Positions 1-17,300 of a stretch of DNA of 64,000 bases are shown here, piece by piece. Origin of the DNA: the human T2T-CHM13v2.0 reference genome, Homo sapiens. The stretch lies in the NCBI RefSeq assembly GCF_009914755.1, contig NC_060927.1; one strand, written 5' to 3'. The translations under genes were made by a program, and so were the position numbers. The notes beneath the pieces are model-generated. The model saw only the letters and a program-made list of their open reading frames with translations, was not told the origin of the DNA and did no database searches. How positions within the stretch are numbered: the stretch's first letter is position 1; every line of letters begins with the position of its first letter.

Positions 1-2711
<2,711 letters not shown>

Positions 2712-3884
2712 TGGTAATAAGATTCTTACGCCAATAGTTCCAGCATAACCTCAAGTGGTGCTTGTAGTAATTATTGAATCATTACAAAACTAAAGAAGAA
2801 AAGGAAATATATTTCATGGATGTGATTAAGTCATTATAGTGTTCTTGCATATGTAAATTATCCTTGACTTAATGAACTCCCTTGCTTACATAATAATATT
2901 TTAACCTGGTTCTAGAAAGTCATTCTTACCCATGTTAATCATGGTTATCAGACTTAGCAGAGTTTATCTTCAGATCATCTTGCTGAAGAGAAATTTATGT
3001 ATTATGTATCCGTGTGCATAAATTTTGATTAAACTATTAGAAGTGCACTTATTAAGTAAATTTATTACATGAATTACTTTAACAAATTAGTAAAATGCTT
3101 AAGAAGAGCAAAACCTTGATTACATACTGATGATATCCAAATTAACAAGGGTCATTTAAAAATATGTATTTTTCTGATTATAAAAGAAATATGTATTACT
3201 TGGAGAAAATCGAGAAACTACAGAAAGGAACAAAGAAGAGTATTAACCTATATCACCTAGGATTAATAATTTAGAGTTTGAATGGATATTCTACACTTTT
3301 TAAAGAGTACTCCCACTGTTTTACACAATACATTTTGTATTTCTAAAAAGAGCTAAATCTACAAGAAAACCTAGTTAAGTGGGATTCATTTTTTATTTCC
3401 TTTATCAGAAATTGAATCTAAAGTTTGAGTATCCATATTTCAAAAACTTTATTCAGGATTATAAAAGCTACCAGGGAAATATTTTATGTTTCCTCTACTG
3501 CTTTAGAGAGTTCAACTCATCCAAAATTATTTCAGTGCTTTATCTTCAACAATGACCAAGTTTAGTACCGTATTAACTAATGCAAAGCCTAGGGAAAGTA
3601 ATAAATATAATATTACTATTTGAATATAAATCTTTATGTATGCCTAGGACAAAAAAAGTTTCCTAGAACATGTAGGGAGTACAAAGGAGTCTTAATTATA
3701 TGTCAATGCTGTTGTTCTCTGAGGATTTTCAATTATTTTTCTGTCTTTTGTAATATACAGTTTTGTCGTTGTTTGGTTGTTTTAAATTTTATTTTGCATG
3801 AGAAGTTAAGGCCAGTGTAGATCTTAGGCAGTTAATCATTTTATGACTTTCATTTAATCAACATTTTCTTTAATCCCCTTTTAG

Positions 3885-4034
3885 GCAGCCAAGGGCAGTT
3901 TCCACTAACACAGAATGTAACCGTTGTTGAAGGTGGAACTGCAATTTTGACCTGCAGGGTTGATCAAAATGATAACACCTCCCTCCAGTGGTCAAATCCA
4001 GCTCAACAGACTCTGTACTTTGACGACAAGAAAG
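3885..4034 (+). CDS. CADM2: CADM2 internal coding exon (150 nt, phase 1-1), N-terminal half of the V-set Ig domain
   Basis: Acceptor ttttctttaatccccttttAG|GC (AG 3883-3884); donor AAG|GTgaat (GT 4035-4036). Translation (G)SQGQFPLTQNVTVVEGGTAILTCRVDQNDNTSLQWSNPAQQTLYFDDKK is recognised as CADM2. It contains the Ig B-strand Cys, the C-strand Trp and N-glycan sequons NVT and NTS. Confidence 0.97.
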
Positions 4035-5071
4035 GTGAATACATTTTCTTTCAAATGTTTTAATCGTATTCTAAAATATCCTAATTACAATAAATTTATT
4101 TTTCTGAGATGATTCAAACTATTCCTTTTGATTACCAAACTGCTGCTGCTTGTATTTAAACATGTTAAATATTAAATACTTTAGTTTGCAAGTCATAAAC
4201 ACCAAAGATAACCTATGTCAACTTTTTAATAAAATAAACACTCATAATTCTGTTTCGAAAATAGTTTTATGCCTTCTCTTAACAACCATTTCCTGTCTAG
4301 GTACCATATTTTCTCACTCTTGTAGCTATGTTGTGTATAGTTTGAGTTTTTTTCTTTCTCCTGATAATATAATATGATTTTTATGGAAATTAGGTTTATA
4401 TATTTGGAAGATGCAATATGATTTTGAAAAGTTTAATGATTTTATTTTCATGACTTTGCTCCGAAACTAAGAATTGTAAAAATGATTCACAGAATGTTGA
4501 AGTATTTCATGTTTCCAAAATAAACTGAAATTAAGTAAGAAGCTGTAGTTTTTAAAGTTGAATTGGACTTCATTAACTAATTTCAACTTCTTACTGGATA
4601 ATAGATTTTGATTAAACATTCCAGAGAAAAAAGGAAATTCATCTTACGTAATCCAAGCAAACAACTAAAAATGCACACAAATGTCTAAGCTTTCATCCAT
4701 TATTAGATGAAAAAGTGAATCCATAACTGTAATGAAAATATGAGACTGTTGCTTAAGATACATGTATATTATATAGGATATAAATAACTATTTATATATT
4801 AGCTATTCTTATTCTTAAAATTAACTATTAGTCTTAATATATTTTTTAATGAATCTGTATAGGTAATTGTAAGATAACTTCAAATCAGCTCCATTTAAAC
4901 AATTAAAATATCACATACAGTCTAATAAATGTGCTCAGTCCACCTTTAATATGTATTCATTATATTTTGTTCATTGTTACAATTTTTCTTCTTTGATGTC
5001 CTCTAGATTTAAAATGAAATCTTTAGTTTGTTTTAAATATTAAATATATAATGAAGGAGTGATGAAGCATC

Positions 5072-5280
5072 TAATTCATTTATTTGATAAATATTTATTG
5101 AGAGTCCCTTTGTACCAGGCATTAAAATTAGGGAGCAGGAAGTTCATAGTGTCTGCCTTTTTAGGGAATACAGTGTAGTGGAGGAGACAGACAATAAAGA
5201 AACATGCAAATGAAATACATTATATCATACATTAAAAGGGGACAAGTGCTATGCAGAAGAATGAACCAGGGATAAAGGAA
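5072..5280 (-). mobile_element. L2 3' fragment
   Basis: attcatttatttgataaatatttattgag...gtaccaggca is the reverse complement of the L2 3' terminus. Confidence 0.7.
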
Positions 5281-5281
5281 C

Positions 5282-5338
5282 TGTTAGGGGCCTCCAGGGA
5301 GACAAAATGAAGAAACAGACAGATAGATAGATAGATAA

Positions 5339-5380
<42 letters not shown>

Positions 5381-5788
5381 CAATTGATCGATATTTATTT
5401 TAATAAATTGGCTCAAGTAATTTTGGGGTCTGGCAAGTTTGAAAAATGCAGGGCAGGCTGGTAGGCTGGAGACCCAAAGAGATTCTGTTGCAGCTCATGT
5501 CCAGAGGCAGTGTCAGGGAGAATTTCTTCTTCCTTAGGGTACTTAGAGGACTTCAGACTTTCTCATAAGGCCTTCCACTGATTGAGTGTCTCCTGTCCAC
5601 ATTATGGAGAATAATCTGCTTTACTCAAAGTCTACTATTTTAAATGTTAAACTCATCTAAAAAAATACCTTCACAGAAACATCTAGATGATTGTTTAACC
5701 AAACATCTGGGAACAGTGGCCCAGTCATATTGACATTTAATATAAAATTATTGACATATTGACATTTAATATAAAATTTACTGTCATG
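5282..5788 (-). mobile_element. ERVL solo LTR, MLT2 family (MLT2C/D-like)
   Basis: MLT2-like blocks: aattggctca..., gcagggcaggctggtaggctggagaccca, aatctgctttactcaaagtctact, ataccttcacagaaacatctaga, ttgaca...taaaatt. Confidence 0.75.
5321..5380. repeat. Tetranucleotide STR [AGAT]4 AAAT [AGAT]10 (15 units), forensic miniSTR D3S4529
   Basis: Units counted directly. Flanks gagacaaaatgaagaaacagacag and attggctcaagtaattttggg match the D3S4529 primer sites as I remember them, and the ATYT motif agrees. Confidence 0.85.
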
Positions 5789-6787
5789 GACAGTTAATAC
5801 CTAATACTCAAGTAGAACTTTATTATTTAGAAAGAGATTTAATTTGCAGTTTCAGTTTTCTTTCCAACAAATGAAGTTCTACTAGTTAAAAAAATTAAAT
5901 GCATACACAAAGTCACTCATAGAGATTAAACAATCTCTTTTTGCTTTTCGTATTAATTGGTTACAAATATTAGTAAATAAATATTTAAAGTGTATGCTCA
6001 AATATAAGGTGGTGCCAATTTTAAGGACATGTCTCATTTGCTTGAAACTATGATGCAAAAGAAAATGTTCTGGAAAAAAATAGACTTCTGGAAATGTTCA
6101 TTACGAAACTAAATATATTATTATATTAGTTAATTTGTCAACTTGGTTATACATACATATTTAAAGTAATATGGAAAAATATTAATTTATAAATACTACT
6201 TTTTTCCATCCCTGTGTTTAATGAAGCAATCTTGCTTATTAGCAGTTTTTGAAAGTGTAGCACACTATCAACAACAAATTTGTCCCAAGCAGCAACTATA
6301 AACTTTTATAACATTAGAACATTTTTTGTTGTTGTTCATTCATCCCACAGGTGTATAATGACAATCTCCACTTTATAACAACACTTGTACTGCTTTTTAA
6401 GGAGATTTTTAAGAGTCATGTTTACAGTGACATCTCCAATCGTGAGGTCAAATCCTCAGGCACAAAGACAAAATCTATATGAAATGCCCTTGCCTCCACT
6501 TTTAGTGATTCTATAAGTTATCCTCTAAAAAACATCTAAAACTAGAAAACTAGAATTGATTTGGGATATTTCAAGCTAATGTATCTTTCCTGGAGAAAAC
6601 AGAGAGCAACTTGCCATAAAAGATTTGCAAAGACTTGAATATAAGGCAACCTCCTTTTTTCTGAGGGATAATTATGAGGAGAAAAAAAGTCATGCCATAT
6701 TTGGGAAATATGGTAATATATTCCTGCATCTTTACACTGCCTTGAAATAATAAATACACCAGTTCTATGAATTGTTGAAGTATGCAC

Positions 6788-7135
<348 letters not shown>

Positions 7136-7963
7136 TAGTTAGATTGGAGAAAAGCCTATGTATGTGTTTGTGTTTGTAGTATGATAGGTTTCTGTTTTTG
7201 ATACTATGCTTTTTCTAACTCTATTGTGGTTCTAAACGTCAGTTGCAGTAAAACAACAGAGAGCATTGAAGAAAGAAATCCTTTGGCAATCTAACATACC
7301 TATTCCCTCATATGTCAGTGCTTCAATTTCCTTCTTCTTTTTTTTTCTTTTCTCGTCCTCACTATCTGTTCCCAAGAGTGGTTCAATTTCTATGTGATAT
7401 CTTAGTTGAAGGGATTCTTGGACAGTAATACCTATCAAATGCAAGAGTTTGAAATTGAAAGCATTTTAAAAGATTCCATATTACAATTTTCCACACATCA
7501 TCTTTTAATCTGCAATTACCTAACTCTCACCAATTTTAAGGCTTGTCTTGAGCAAGCAAGCATTCCAAGTTGTACCAGAGCCTAAGTGAAGAAGGTGAGC
7601 ATGAGTTAGACTAGAGTAACGCATACTTGTTTTACTAGTGAAGACTGCACATGAGAGCAAGAGAGAAAAGGGAAGGAATGGGTTGTCTGTGTCATTGATT
7701 ATACCATCTCCTGCAGGTGGCTGCTACTGTTAAAGCTTCATCTATAGCCTCACTCTTCTTTCTGTCTCAGATTGTGCTTCCAGTGGTTCTTAGCCGTAGC
7801 TACACAGTAAAATCACTTAGGGGATTTTCAAACACAGTCTTCCAGCGGTATGCAGTATCAGAATATTTTAATTATATCTCAAATGATTAGAAAATGCAGC
7901 TGTGATTGAGACACTTGGGTTTAGGCAAGTCAACTCTCTGAAGAGTTCTGCATCCCTGAGCTT

Positions 7964-8142
7964 GGATTTCTGTATTGATAAATGTTACTGAGCATGGAAG
8001 GAAGAAAAGAAGCGAGGGAGGGAGGGAGGGAGGGAGGAAGGAAGGAAGGAAAGAAGGAAGGAAGGAAGGAAGGATTTCTGTATTGATAAATGTTACTGAG
8101 CATGGAAGGAAGAAAAGAATGGAAGGGAGGGAGGGAGGAAGG
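7964..8142. repeat. Tandem duplication (period 108) of a 48-bp unique block plus a (GGGA)n/(GGAA)n purine tract
   Basis: ggatttctgtattgataaatgttactgagcatggaaggaagaaaagaa is identical at 7964-8011 and 8072-8119. Confidence 0.95.
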
Positions 8143-8455
8143 ACAAACTGCTCAGAAAAAGAACAAGTGCTGATCACTGCCTCACAACCATTACTACTGC
8201 TACTATGAGCTCCGAGAGGCATCCCGTAGCATTTCATGCTACCTGGAGGTGTAAGTTTCCAAGGGTCCTGGCTATGAACGAGAAATTCAGGATGGCAGCC
8301 CACATGTCATGTTAGAGTTGGAAAAGCCTTGTTTACATGAATTTATTAACTGAATAAAAACATGCTGTGAGTGGTCAGTTGAATCAAGTAAAGGAGAATT
8401 AGGCTGAACCCCCTTTCCTAGGGGTCTCTGTCAGTGACTTTAAATGTGAATATTC

Positions 8456-8619
8456 ATGTAATCCTAGCCACTTGGGAGGCTGAGGCATGAGCATTGCTTG
8501 AACCCAGGAACCGGAGGTTGCAGTGAGCTGAGATCGCGCTACTGCACTCCAGCCTGGGTGATAGAGTGAGGCTCTGTCTCAAAAACAAAACAAAACAAAA
8601 CAAACAAACAAAACAAACA
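8456..8619 (+). mobile_element. 5'-truncated Alu (right arm only) with target-site duplication
   Basis: Right-arm sequence and (CAAAA)n tail. TSD aaatgtgaatattc (8442-8455) / aaaagtgaatattc (8620-8633). Confidence 0.92.
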
Positions 8620-9028
8620 AAAAGTGAATATTCGGGAATCTCTTCCCCGGGGAGATAGGAGTCTAGTGGGGGAATTGGCTAAGGTGAATCTAATACTGTC
8701 ATATTTCTCACTGAGGTAAAATAAAGACGAAGGCAGCAAATTCAAGCTTTTACAACTTTTTTGCCATGTTTAATGTGATCAGTAGCTTGTGTCCATTGAT
8801 AAATGGAAAAAATAAGACCTAACAATCAAGGATATTTCTTCACAGACATTCAGCTAATGTCTGGTAGTGAAGAACTTTGAATCCAGGTGTAGCTTTTGCC
8901 TTGATTTTAACTGAAATATTCCTGAAAGCAATGGCATTTGGACGCCATGTCATTTTAAATGTAACCTGGGCAGCCTCTGCCATTGATCTTGGCAGCTTAC
9001 TTTTGTTAAAGAGCAGCATGTCATTTCA

Positions 9029-9371
<343 letters not shown>

Positions 9372-9394
9372 AAGACAGAAGAATATATTATAAT

Positions 9395-9599
9395 CAGCAT
9401 TGTCCACGAGAACATTCCATGATGATGGGAATATTCCATATCTGGGCTGAGCTGAACAATTCAGTTGTCATGTGTAGATATTTAAATTTAAATTAATAAA
9501 AATAGAGTAAAATTTAAAAATTTGGTTTCTGCCACACTAGACATATTTCAAGTACTCAATATCCTCCCATGCCCAGCACTTACTGTTTTGGAAAGCACA
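9395..9599. mobile_element. MER33/MER3-like hAT-Charlie DNA transposon fossil
   Basis: Termini cagcattgtcca... and ...ttggaaagcaca; internal cacactagacatatttcaagtactcaata. Confidence 0.65.
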
Positions 9600-11155
9600 A
9601 TTCTAGATGCTGATTCACTCATCAGATGTCATAATATACCTTGTCCAGTTCCAGCCTTGGCTAGTAGAATATGTTATTTTTAACTGAGAAAACCCTTAGG
9701 CTATCATAAAAACATGCATCAAATATTCAATAAATGATTTTTTTTTACCATTTAAATTGTACAGCTTTCAGGGGGACATTGTGGCACAGGAGACAGAGAG
9801 TCAGATCTGAATTTAAATTCTGCCTTTGACACCAGCCAGCAGGGTAATAAAAGGTGTTCATTGACACCCCATTACTGGTGGTTGGACCAGAATTGTATTT
9901 TAACGAGTTCCCTGTCTGCCTTGTGTGCACCCAAAAATCAGAAATCATTAGCCTACAAAGTCGAAATTCAATTACAATTCCACTTCATTTCTGTACAGCC
10001 TAAGTATGAAGTCTTTTTCTATAATACTTAAGAATCTGCAAAAACTAAATAGAAAATAAGAATCAAGAGGAAAATTTATAGATCCTTATGGGTCAGAGAG
10101 ACCTAGAATAGATGTAGCTAAGGCAACATTCACTTGTTATAATCCTCTTCTCTTTCTTTTTACATAAATCTTAGCACCTCTGTTATAAATAGTTGATAAG
10201 CATTTGGAATAGAGTGGGTATAGGGAGACAGAGCAAGTGGGGAGTAGAGGTCATTGAAACACCACATAAATGCTGTGTGGTATTGGCAATGGAAAAAAAA
10301 ATCAATTAGATCATAGTGTCTGTTTCTCTGCAGGTGCAGAAGGAAAAAAACAATTGAAGTAGCACAATCTGATCAGTTAATGCTCAGGAAAGAACACTTC
10401 AATTCCTTCCTATTATTGACAAAAATACTTTGAACAAGCATCTCCAGGAGCCCATAACACACACATTCAACAGATACATCTCTGTGAGCTTGTATGTGTT
10501 TTTATATAAAAATGTAAAATACATGACTTTTTTGTGATTTTCTTCTCAATATTTCAACTTTTAAATTTTTTTAATAATCCTTAAAAATTTCCTAAAGAAA
10601 TCAAAATAAAAATTTATTAAAGACATAGCTTTAAATCATTGGTGTTAATTAGCCAATTATTCTAATAATTTTACACTAATACTGGGAACAATGGAAGAGG
10701 AAAAACATGAGTAAATTGTCCTAAAACTAAGACCGATAAAGAGAAGAAAAATGAGATGAACCAGAATTGGAGGTACAGGTTCTCCTGGCTCTATGCCAAT
10801 CCATGCCACCTGACTGTATATCTCCACAACTGCTATCAATCAATTTGACAGGCTTTATTAAAGATTAACTGAGTAAAACAGGTGTTGCATTTGGCTACTA
10901 TTACCCTTCTTTTGTTTTCTTTTAAAAATGCAGCTATTATATATCTGTACAATAAAAATGTGAAATTAATAATGATAGCTTATAGTTATACAGTAAAGTT
11001 ATTAGATAACTTTCAGCATGTTTACCTTTTGTCTTTGAGTTCTCAACAATACTATACAGTAGGCATTCCTATTTTATATGTAAAGACACTGAGGTTTACA
11101 TATTTAAATAACTTGAGTAGTAAATGACAAAGCAATGAAGAGACTTGAGTTTTCT

Positions 11156-11435
11156 GGCCAGGTGAGGTGGCTCACACCTGTAATCCCAGCACTTTGGGAG
11201 GTTGAGGCGGGTGGACCACTTGAGGTCAGGAGTTTGAGACAAGCCTGGCCAACATGGTGAAACCCCATCTCCACTAAAAATACAAAAATTAGCTGGGTGT
11301 GGTGGCATGCACCTGTAATCCCAGCTACTCGGGAGTCTGAAGCAAGAGAATTGCTTGAACCCAGGAGGCAGAGGTTGCAGTGAACCAATATAGCCTGGGC
11401 AACACAGAAAGACCCTGTCTCATAAAAAAAGGGAA
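11156..11435 (+). mobile_element. Alu (AluS-like) with a small right-arm deletion, next to a MIR remnant
   Basis: TSD acttgagttttct at 11143-11155 and 11436-11448. The cgccactgcactcc block is missing near 11390. Confidence 0.93.
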
Positions 11436-11498
11436 ACTTGAGTTTTCTTACGACAAGTCTAATTCACTTTGTGTTTCATTATGCTGAAAAATGAAACA

Positions 11499-11580
11499 TT
11501 TTCTCCCTTCCTTCCTTCCTTCCTTCCTTCCTTCCTTCCTTCGTTCCTTCCCTCCCTCCCTCCCTCCTCTCTCCCTCCCT

Positions 11581-11636
<56 letters not shown>
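11499..11636. repeat. Compound polypyrimidine microsatellite (CCTT)n(CCCT)n(CT)n(CTTT)n
   Basis: About 135 nt of almost pure pyrimidine on the + strand. Confidence 0.95.
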
Positions 11637-12188
11637 GTGGGAATTATAGTTTCTGGTTCTGTATTTCAAAGTCACTCTTTCTGATTGATCTCTTCAAAAC
11701 ATCTTATCTCATATTTAAACCCTACCACACCACAATATTCTCATATGTATTAGTAAATTTCCTAGCAAGTGCATGCATATTGAATCGTGTTCCCCTTAGG
11801 AATTAAATGGTACATTGCAGTTAAAGAAGAATAAATGGGCCAATAATACAGATACAGGCATAATTAAGGAAACTAGCCAAAATGATGCACACCCAGAAAG
11901 TAGCGACAGTAGGAGAACATCCTACTTTGGTGTCTGTAAGAGAAATAAAATTAACTAAAGTTACAGTTATGGGAGAAGGCTTCTGGTTAAGAGCTATGAC
12001 TGGCTGAGAAGGGATAGATGTATGAAAATATGTAAATTGACATCTCTTTTCTCCCAACCTCTGTTCTCTTGTCAATTCCTTCTGGGCTGATCCCAGATGA
12101 AAACCATAGGTCAAGGGATCCTGAGTAGCTTAGTCTTCTAAGGTAAAGAGTGTGGATCTGGAAGATGAACAGAAAGGAAAGAGTATAG

Positions 12189-12812
<624 letters not shown>

Positions 12813-14349
12813 TAATGATAATATATGCTATAAATTTTGGCAGTTACATGAATAACAACATGTTAAGCTGTAAGCATCAAGACTGAAATGTTGACATTCA
12901 AAGCAACATATGCATGCCTAAATTGTTTCCACAAATTTTAATTTTTGGACATCAAAATCAGGATAATTTCCATATTTGATATTATATTTTAGGGAAATTA
13001 TATGCCTACTTTTGATAATACTTTCTGCAATGTTTTTTGAAATCAAAGTGACATTTTCTACAAATAAGTGCTGATGACCAGGTAAAAATGACCAAATTCT
13101 TGAATTAAGTCCTTTTAAAAGTTATTGGCCATTGTTGTTTGTAAACATATATTTTACTAAAACCCTACTAAAAGAAAAATTATTTTAACAAACACTGAAC
13201 AGTTTTATTCTACCTTCTAATGATTAATTTATGTATTATTTTATCATTCAACAAATATTTGCTGATCATCTACTGTGTGATGGGCACTGTGCCAGGTTGT
13301 TTGCAGTTATCGCAGCTCACTGATATTTGAGAAGCCTATTTCATGTTGAATAGAGCAGCTTGAAAGAAAACTTGTTCTGATGAAAATTTGGGTTCCATTA
13401 TCTTTTAATCATGTGTGTTTCTGGGTACATATTTTGTAAGTACATTTATAAGTTGGCAAAACATACAGAATTAGCACATGGTCAACAATGATTGCAATGA
13501 CTTTAAATCATCTAGGAGTATCATTTTAGACGGTTGTGGCAGTAGAAGTGGGATGATGAACTGGCTAGACTCAGACTGAGTAGATAGTCACCACCATTGT
13601 GTATATATTTTCCTCTCTCAAAACAAAGGAATAAACAATGCAAAGAGTGACCAGTTTCCTGGAAAATGCCTTGATGTTTTTTTTTTTTTTTTTGTGATAC
13701 TTTAGATTCCCCATTTTGAGCATTAGTAGCTTTTAAGGAAGGCAGGCTTCACTAAACAAGTGTCAATCTGTGCACATCTAAGCATATTTGATAGTTGAAA
13801 GATTTCCAAGTCACAATTTCAGTTCAACTGTATGGATATCTATAAAATATTGCTATGCCCTGGGAATTATGCTGGGCATTGAGAATACTAAAATAAATAA
13901 AATATGGATTTTGGCATCAAGTGTCAAGTTGTCAGGTACCATCTATATATGGGTGTGGTGGAAGGGATACAGGGCAAGGGAAATTATTAAGTCAAGCAAT
14001 CTGCAGGTAGGTAACTGTAATTCTACTTGTTGCATAATAAACTATTCCAGGAGATGCAAAATGAGTAAGTAATCGATAAAATTATCCTTCATGAGTCTAG
14101 AAAAAAAATAATTCGACTTGAAAATATTCATGACTGAAAACAGGCTTTTTTGATAAAGTGAATTCCTTTAAAGTAATTATAACTGAACTATGTACCATTT
14201 GTCAAATATAAAGAGTAACAATGTACTGCACCGGGGCCTAATTTCTTGGTGACATACTGATTTCTGGTGACATAGTGTCTCCATGTTGAATAGACTTTTA
14301 ATCAGGATCAGCACAGGCATCATGATAATTTAAGATATTCTAACATTCT

Positions 14350-17300
14350 CTTTTTAATTTTTTAATTTTTATTTTTTATTATTTTACTTTAGGTTCTGGG
14401 GCATATGTGCAGAACATGCAGTTTTGTTACATAGCTATACACATGCCATGGTGGTTTGCTGCACACATCAACCCATCACCTACATTAAGTATTTCTACTA
14501 ATGTTATCCCTCCCCTATACCCCCACACCCTGACAGGCCTCAGTGTGTGATGTTCCCCTCCCTGTGTCCATGTGTTCTCCTTGTTCAACTACCACTTATG
14601 AGTGAGAACATGTGGTGTTTGGTTTTCCGTTCTTGTGACAATTTGGTGAAAATGATGGTTTCCAGTTTCATCCATGTCCCTGCAAACAATATGAACTCAT
14701 CCTTCTTTATCGCTTCATAGTATTCCATGGTGTATATGTACCACATTTTCTTTATCCAGTCTATCATTGATGGACATTCGGGTTGGTTCCAAGTCTTTGC
14801 TACTGTGAATAGTGCTGCAGTAAACATATGTGTGCATGTGTCTTTATAGTAGAATAATTTATAATCCTTTGGGTATATACTCAGTAATGGGATTGCTAGG
14901 TCCAATGGTATTTCTAGTTCTAGATCCTTGAGGAATCACCACACTGTCTTCCACAATGGTTGAACTAATTTACCCTCCCACCAACAGTGTAAAAGCATTC
15001 CTATTTCTCCACATCCTCTCCAGCATCTGTTGTTTTCTGACTTTTGAATGATTGCCATTCTAACTGGTGTGTGATGGTATCTCACTGTGGTTTTGATTTG
15101 CATTTCTCTAATGACCAGTGATGATAAGCTTTTTTTCATGTTTGTTGGCTGCATAAATGTCTTCTTTTGAGAAGTGTCTGTTTATATGCTTTGCCCACTT
15201 TTTGATGGGGTTGTTTGTTTTTTTCTTATAAATTTGTTTAAGTTTTTTTAGATTCTGGATATTAGCCCTTTGTCAGAAGGACAGATTGCAAAAATTTCCT
15301 ACCATTCTGTAGGTTGCGTGATTATAGTTTCTTTTGCTGTGCAGAAGTTCTTTAGTTTAATTAGATCCCCTTTGTCAATTTTGGCTTTTGTTGCCATTGT
15401 TTTTGTGTTTTACACATGAAGTCTTTGCTCACGCAGTGTGTCCTGAATGGTATTGTTCAGGTTATCTTCTAGGGTTTTTACGATTTTAGGTCTTACATTT
15501 AAGCATTTAATTCATCTTGAGTTGTTTTTTGTATAAGGTGTAGGGAAGGGGTCCAGTTTCAGTTTTCTGTATATGGCTAGTCAGTTTTCCCAACACCATT
15601 TATTAAATATGGAATCGTTTCCCCATTGCTTGTTTGTGTCAGGTGTGTCAAAGATCAGATGGTTGTGGATATGTGGTGTTATTTCTGAGGCCTCTGTTCT
15701 GTTCCATTGGTCTGTATATCTGTTTTGGTACTACTACCATGCTGTATTGGTTACTGTAGCCTTGTAATATAGTTTGAAGTCAGGTAGTGTGATGCCTCCA
15801 GCTTTGTTCTTGTTACTTAGGATTGCCTTGGCTATGCGGGCTCTTTTTTGGTTCCATATGAAGTTTAAAGAATTTTTTTTTCTAATTCTGTGAAGAAAGT
15901 CAGTGGTAGGTTGATGGGGATAGCATTGAATCTATAAAATTACTTTGGGCATTATGGCCATTTTCTCCATATTGATTCTTCCTATCCATGAGCATGGAAT
16001 GTTTTTTCATTTGTTTGTGTCCTCTCTTATTTCCTTGAGCAGTGATTTGTAGTTCTCCTTGAAGAGGTCCTTCATATACCTTATATGTTTTATTCCTAGT
16101 TATTTTATTTTCTTAGTAGCAATTGTGAATGGGAGTTCACTCATGATTTGGTCTCTGTTTGTATGTTATTGATGTATAGGAATGCTTGTGATTTTCACAC
16201 ATTGATTTTGCACTAAATGCCCACAAGAGAAAGCAGGAAAGATCTAAAATTGACACCCTAACATAAAAATTCAAAGAACTAGAGAAGCAATAGCAAACAA
16301 ATTCAAAAACTAGCAGAAGACAAAAAAGAACTAAGATCAGAGCAGAACTGAAGGAGATAGAGACACAAAAACCCTTCAAAAAATCAATGAATCCAGGATC
16401 TGGTTTTTTGAAATGATCAACAAAACAGATAGACTGCTAGCCAGACTAATAAAGAAGAAAAGAGAGAAGAATCAAATAGACACAATAAAAAATGATATAG
16501 GAAATATCACCACTGATCCCACATAAATACCATCTAACATCAGAGAATACTATAGAAATGGTAGTTCTATAGAATTCTATAGTATATTCTATTCTATAGT
16601 ATTCTATTCAAATTTATATCCTATAGTGTTCTATAGAATATAGAATATACTATAAAATACTTCTATACAAACTTCTATTCTATAGTATTCTATAGAATAT
16701 AGAATATTCTACCTATGCAGGTATATAGAATATTCTATAGAATACTATAGAAATACAAACTACCATCAGAGAATACTATAAACACCTCTATGCAAATAAA
16801 CTAGAAAACCTAGGAGAAATCGATAAATTCCTGGACACATACACCCTCCCAAGTCTAAACCAGGAAGAAGTCGAATCCCTGAATAGACCAATAACAATTT
16901 GTGAAATTGAGGCAGTAATGGATAGCCTACAAACTGAAAAAGTCCAGAACCAGACGGATTCACAGCCGAATTCTACAAGGGGTACAAAAAGGAGCTGGTA
17001 CCATTCCTTCTGAAAGTATTCCAAACAATAGAAAAAGAGGGAATCCTCCCTAACTCCTTTTATGAGGCCAGCATCATCCTGATACCAAAACCTGGCAGAG
17101 ACACAGCAAAAAAGGAAAATTTCAGGCCAATATCCCTGATGAACATCGATGCGAAAATCCTCAATAAAATACTGGCAAACTGTATCCAGCAGCACATCAA
17201 AAAGCTTATCCACCCTGATCAAGTCGGCTTCATACTTGGGATGCAAGGCTGGTTCAACATACACAAATCACTAAATGTAATCCAACTCATAAACAGAACC

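Noticed and set aside
7887-8303. ORFs with repeated peptides (138 aa and 77 aa)
   Set aside because: Artefacts of the tandem duplication and GGAA/GGGA microsatellite. The same applies to 11448-11684.
10315-10340. AG|GT recursive-splice-like sites (also ~29190 and ~39545)
   Set aside because: The acceptors are plausible but the reconstituted donors (GTGCAG, GTGCTT, GTATAT) are weak.
16555-16750. CRISPR-like or regular minisatellite array
   Set aside because: No constant repeat-spacer period, units occur in both orientations, and the context is a eukaryotic L1.
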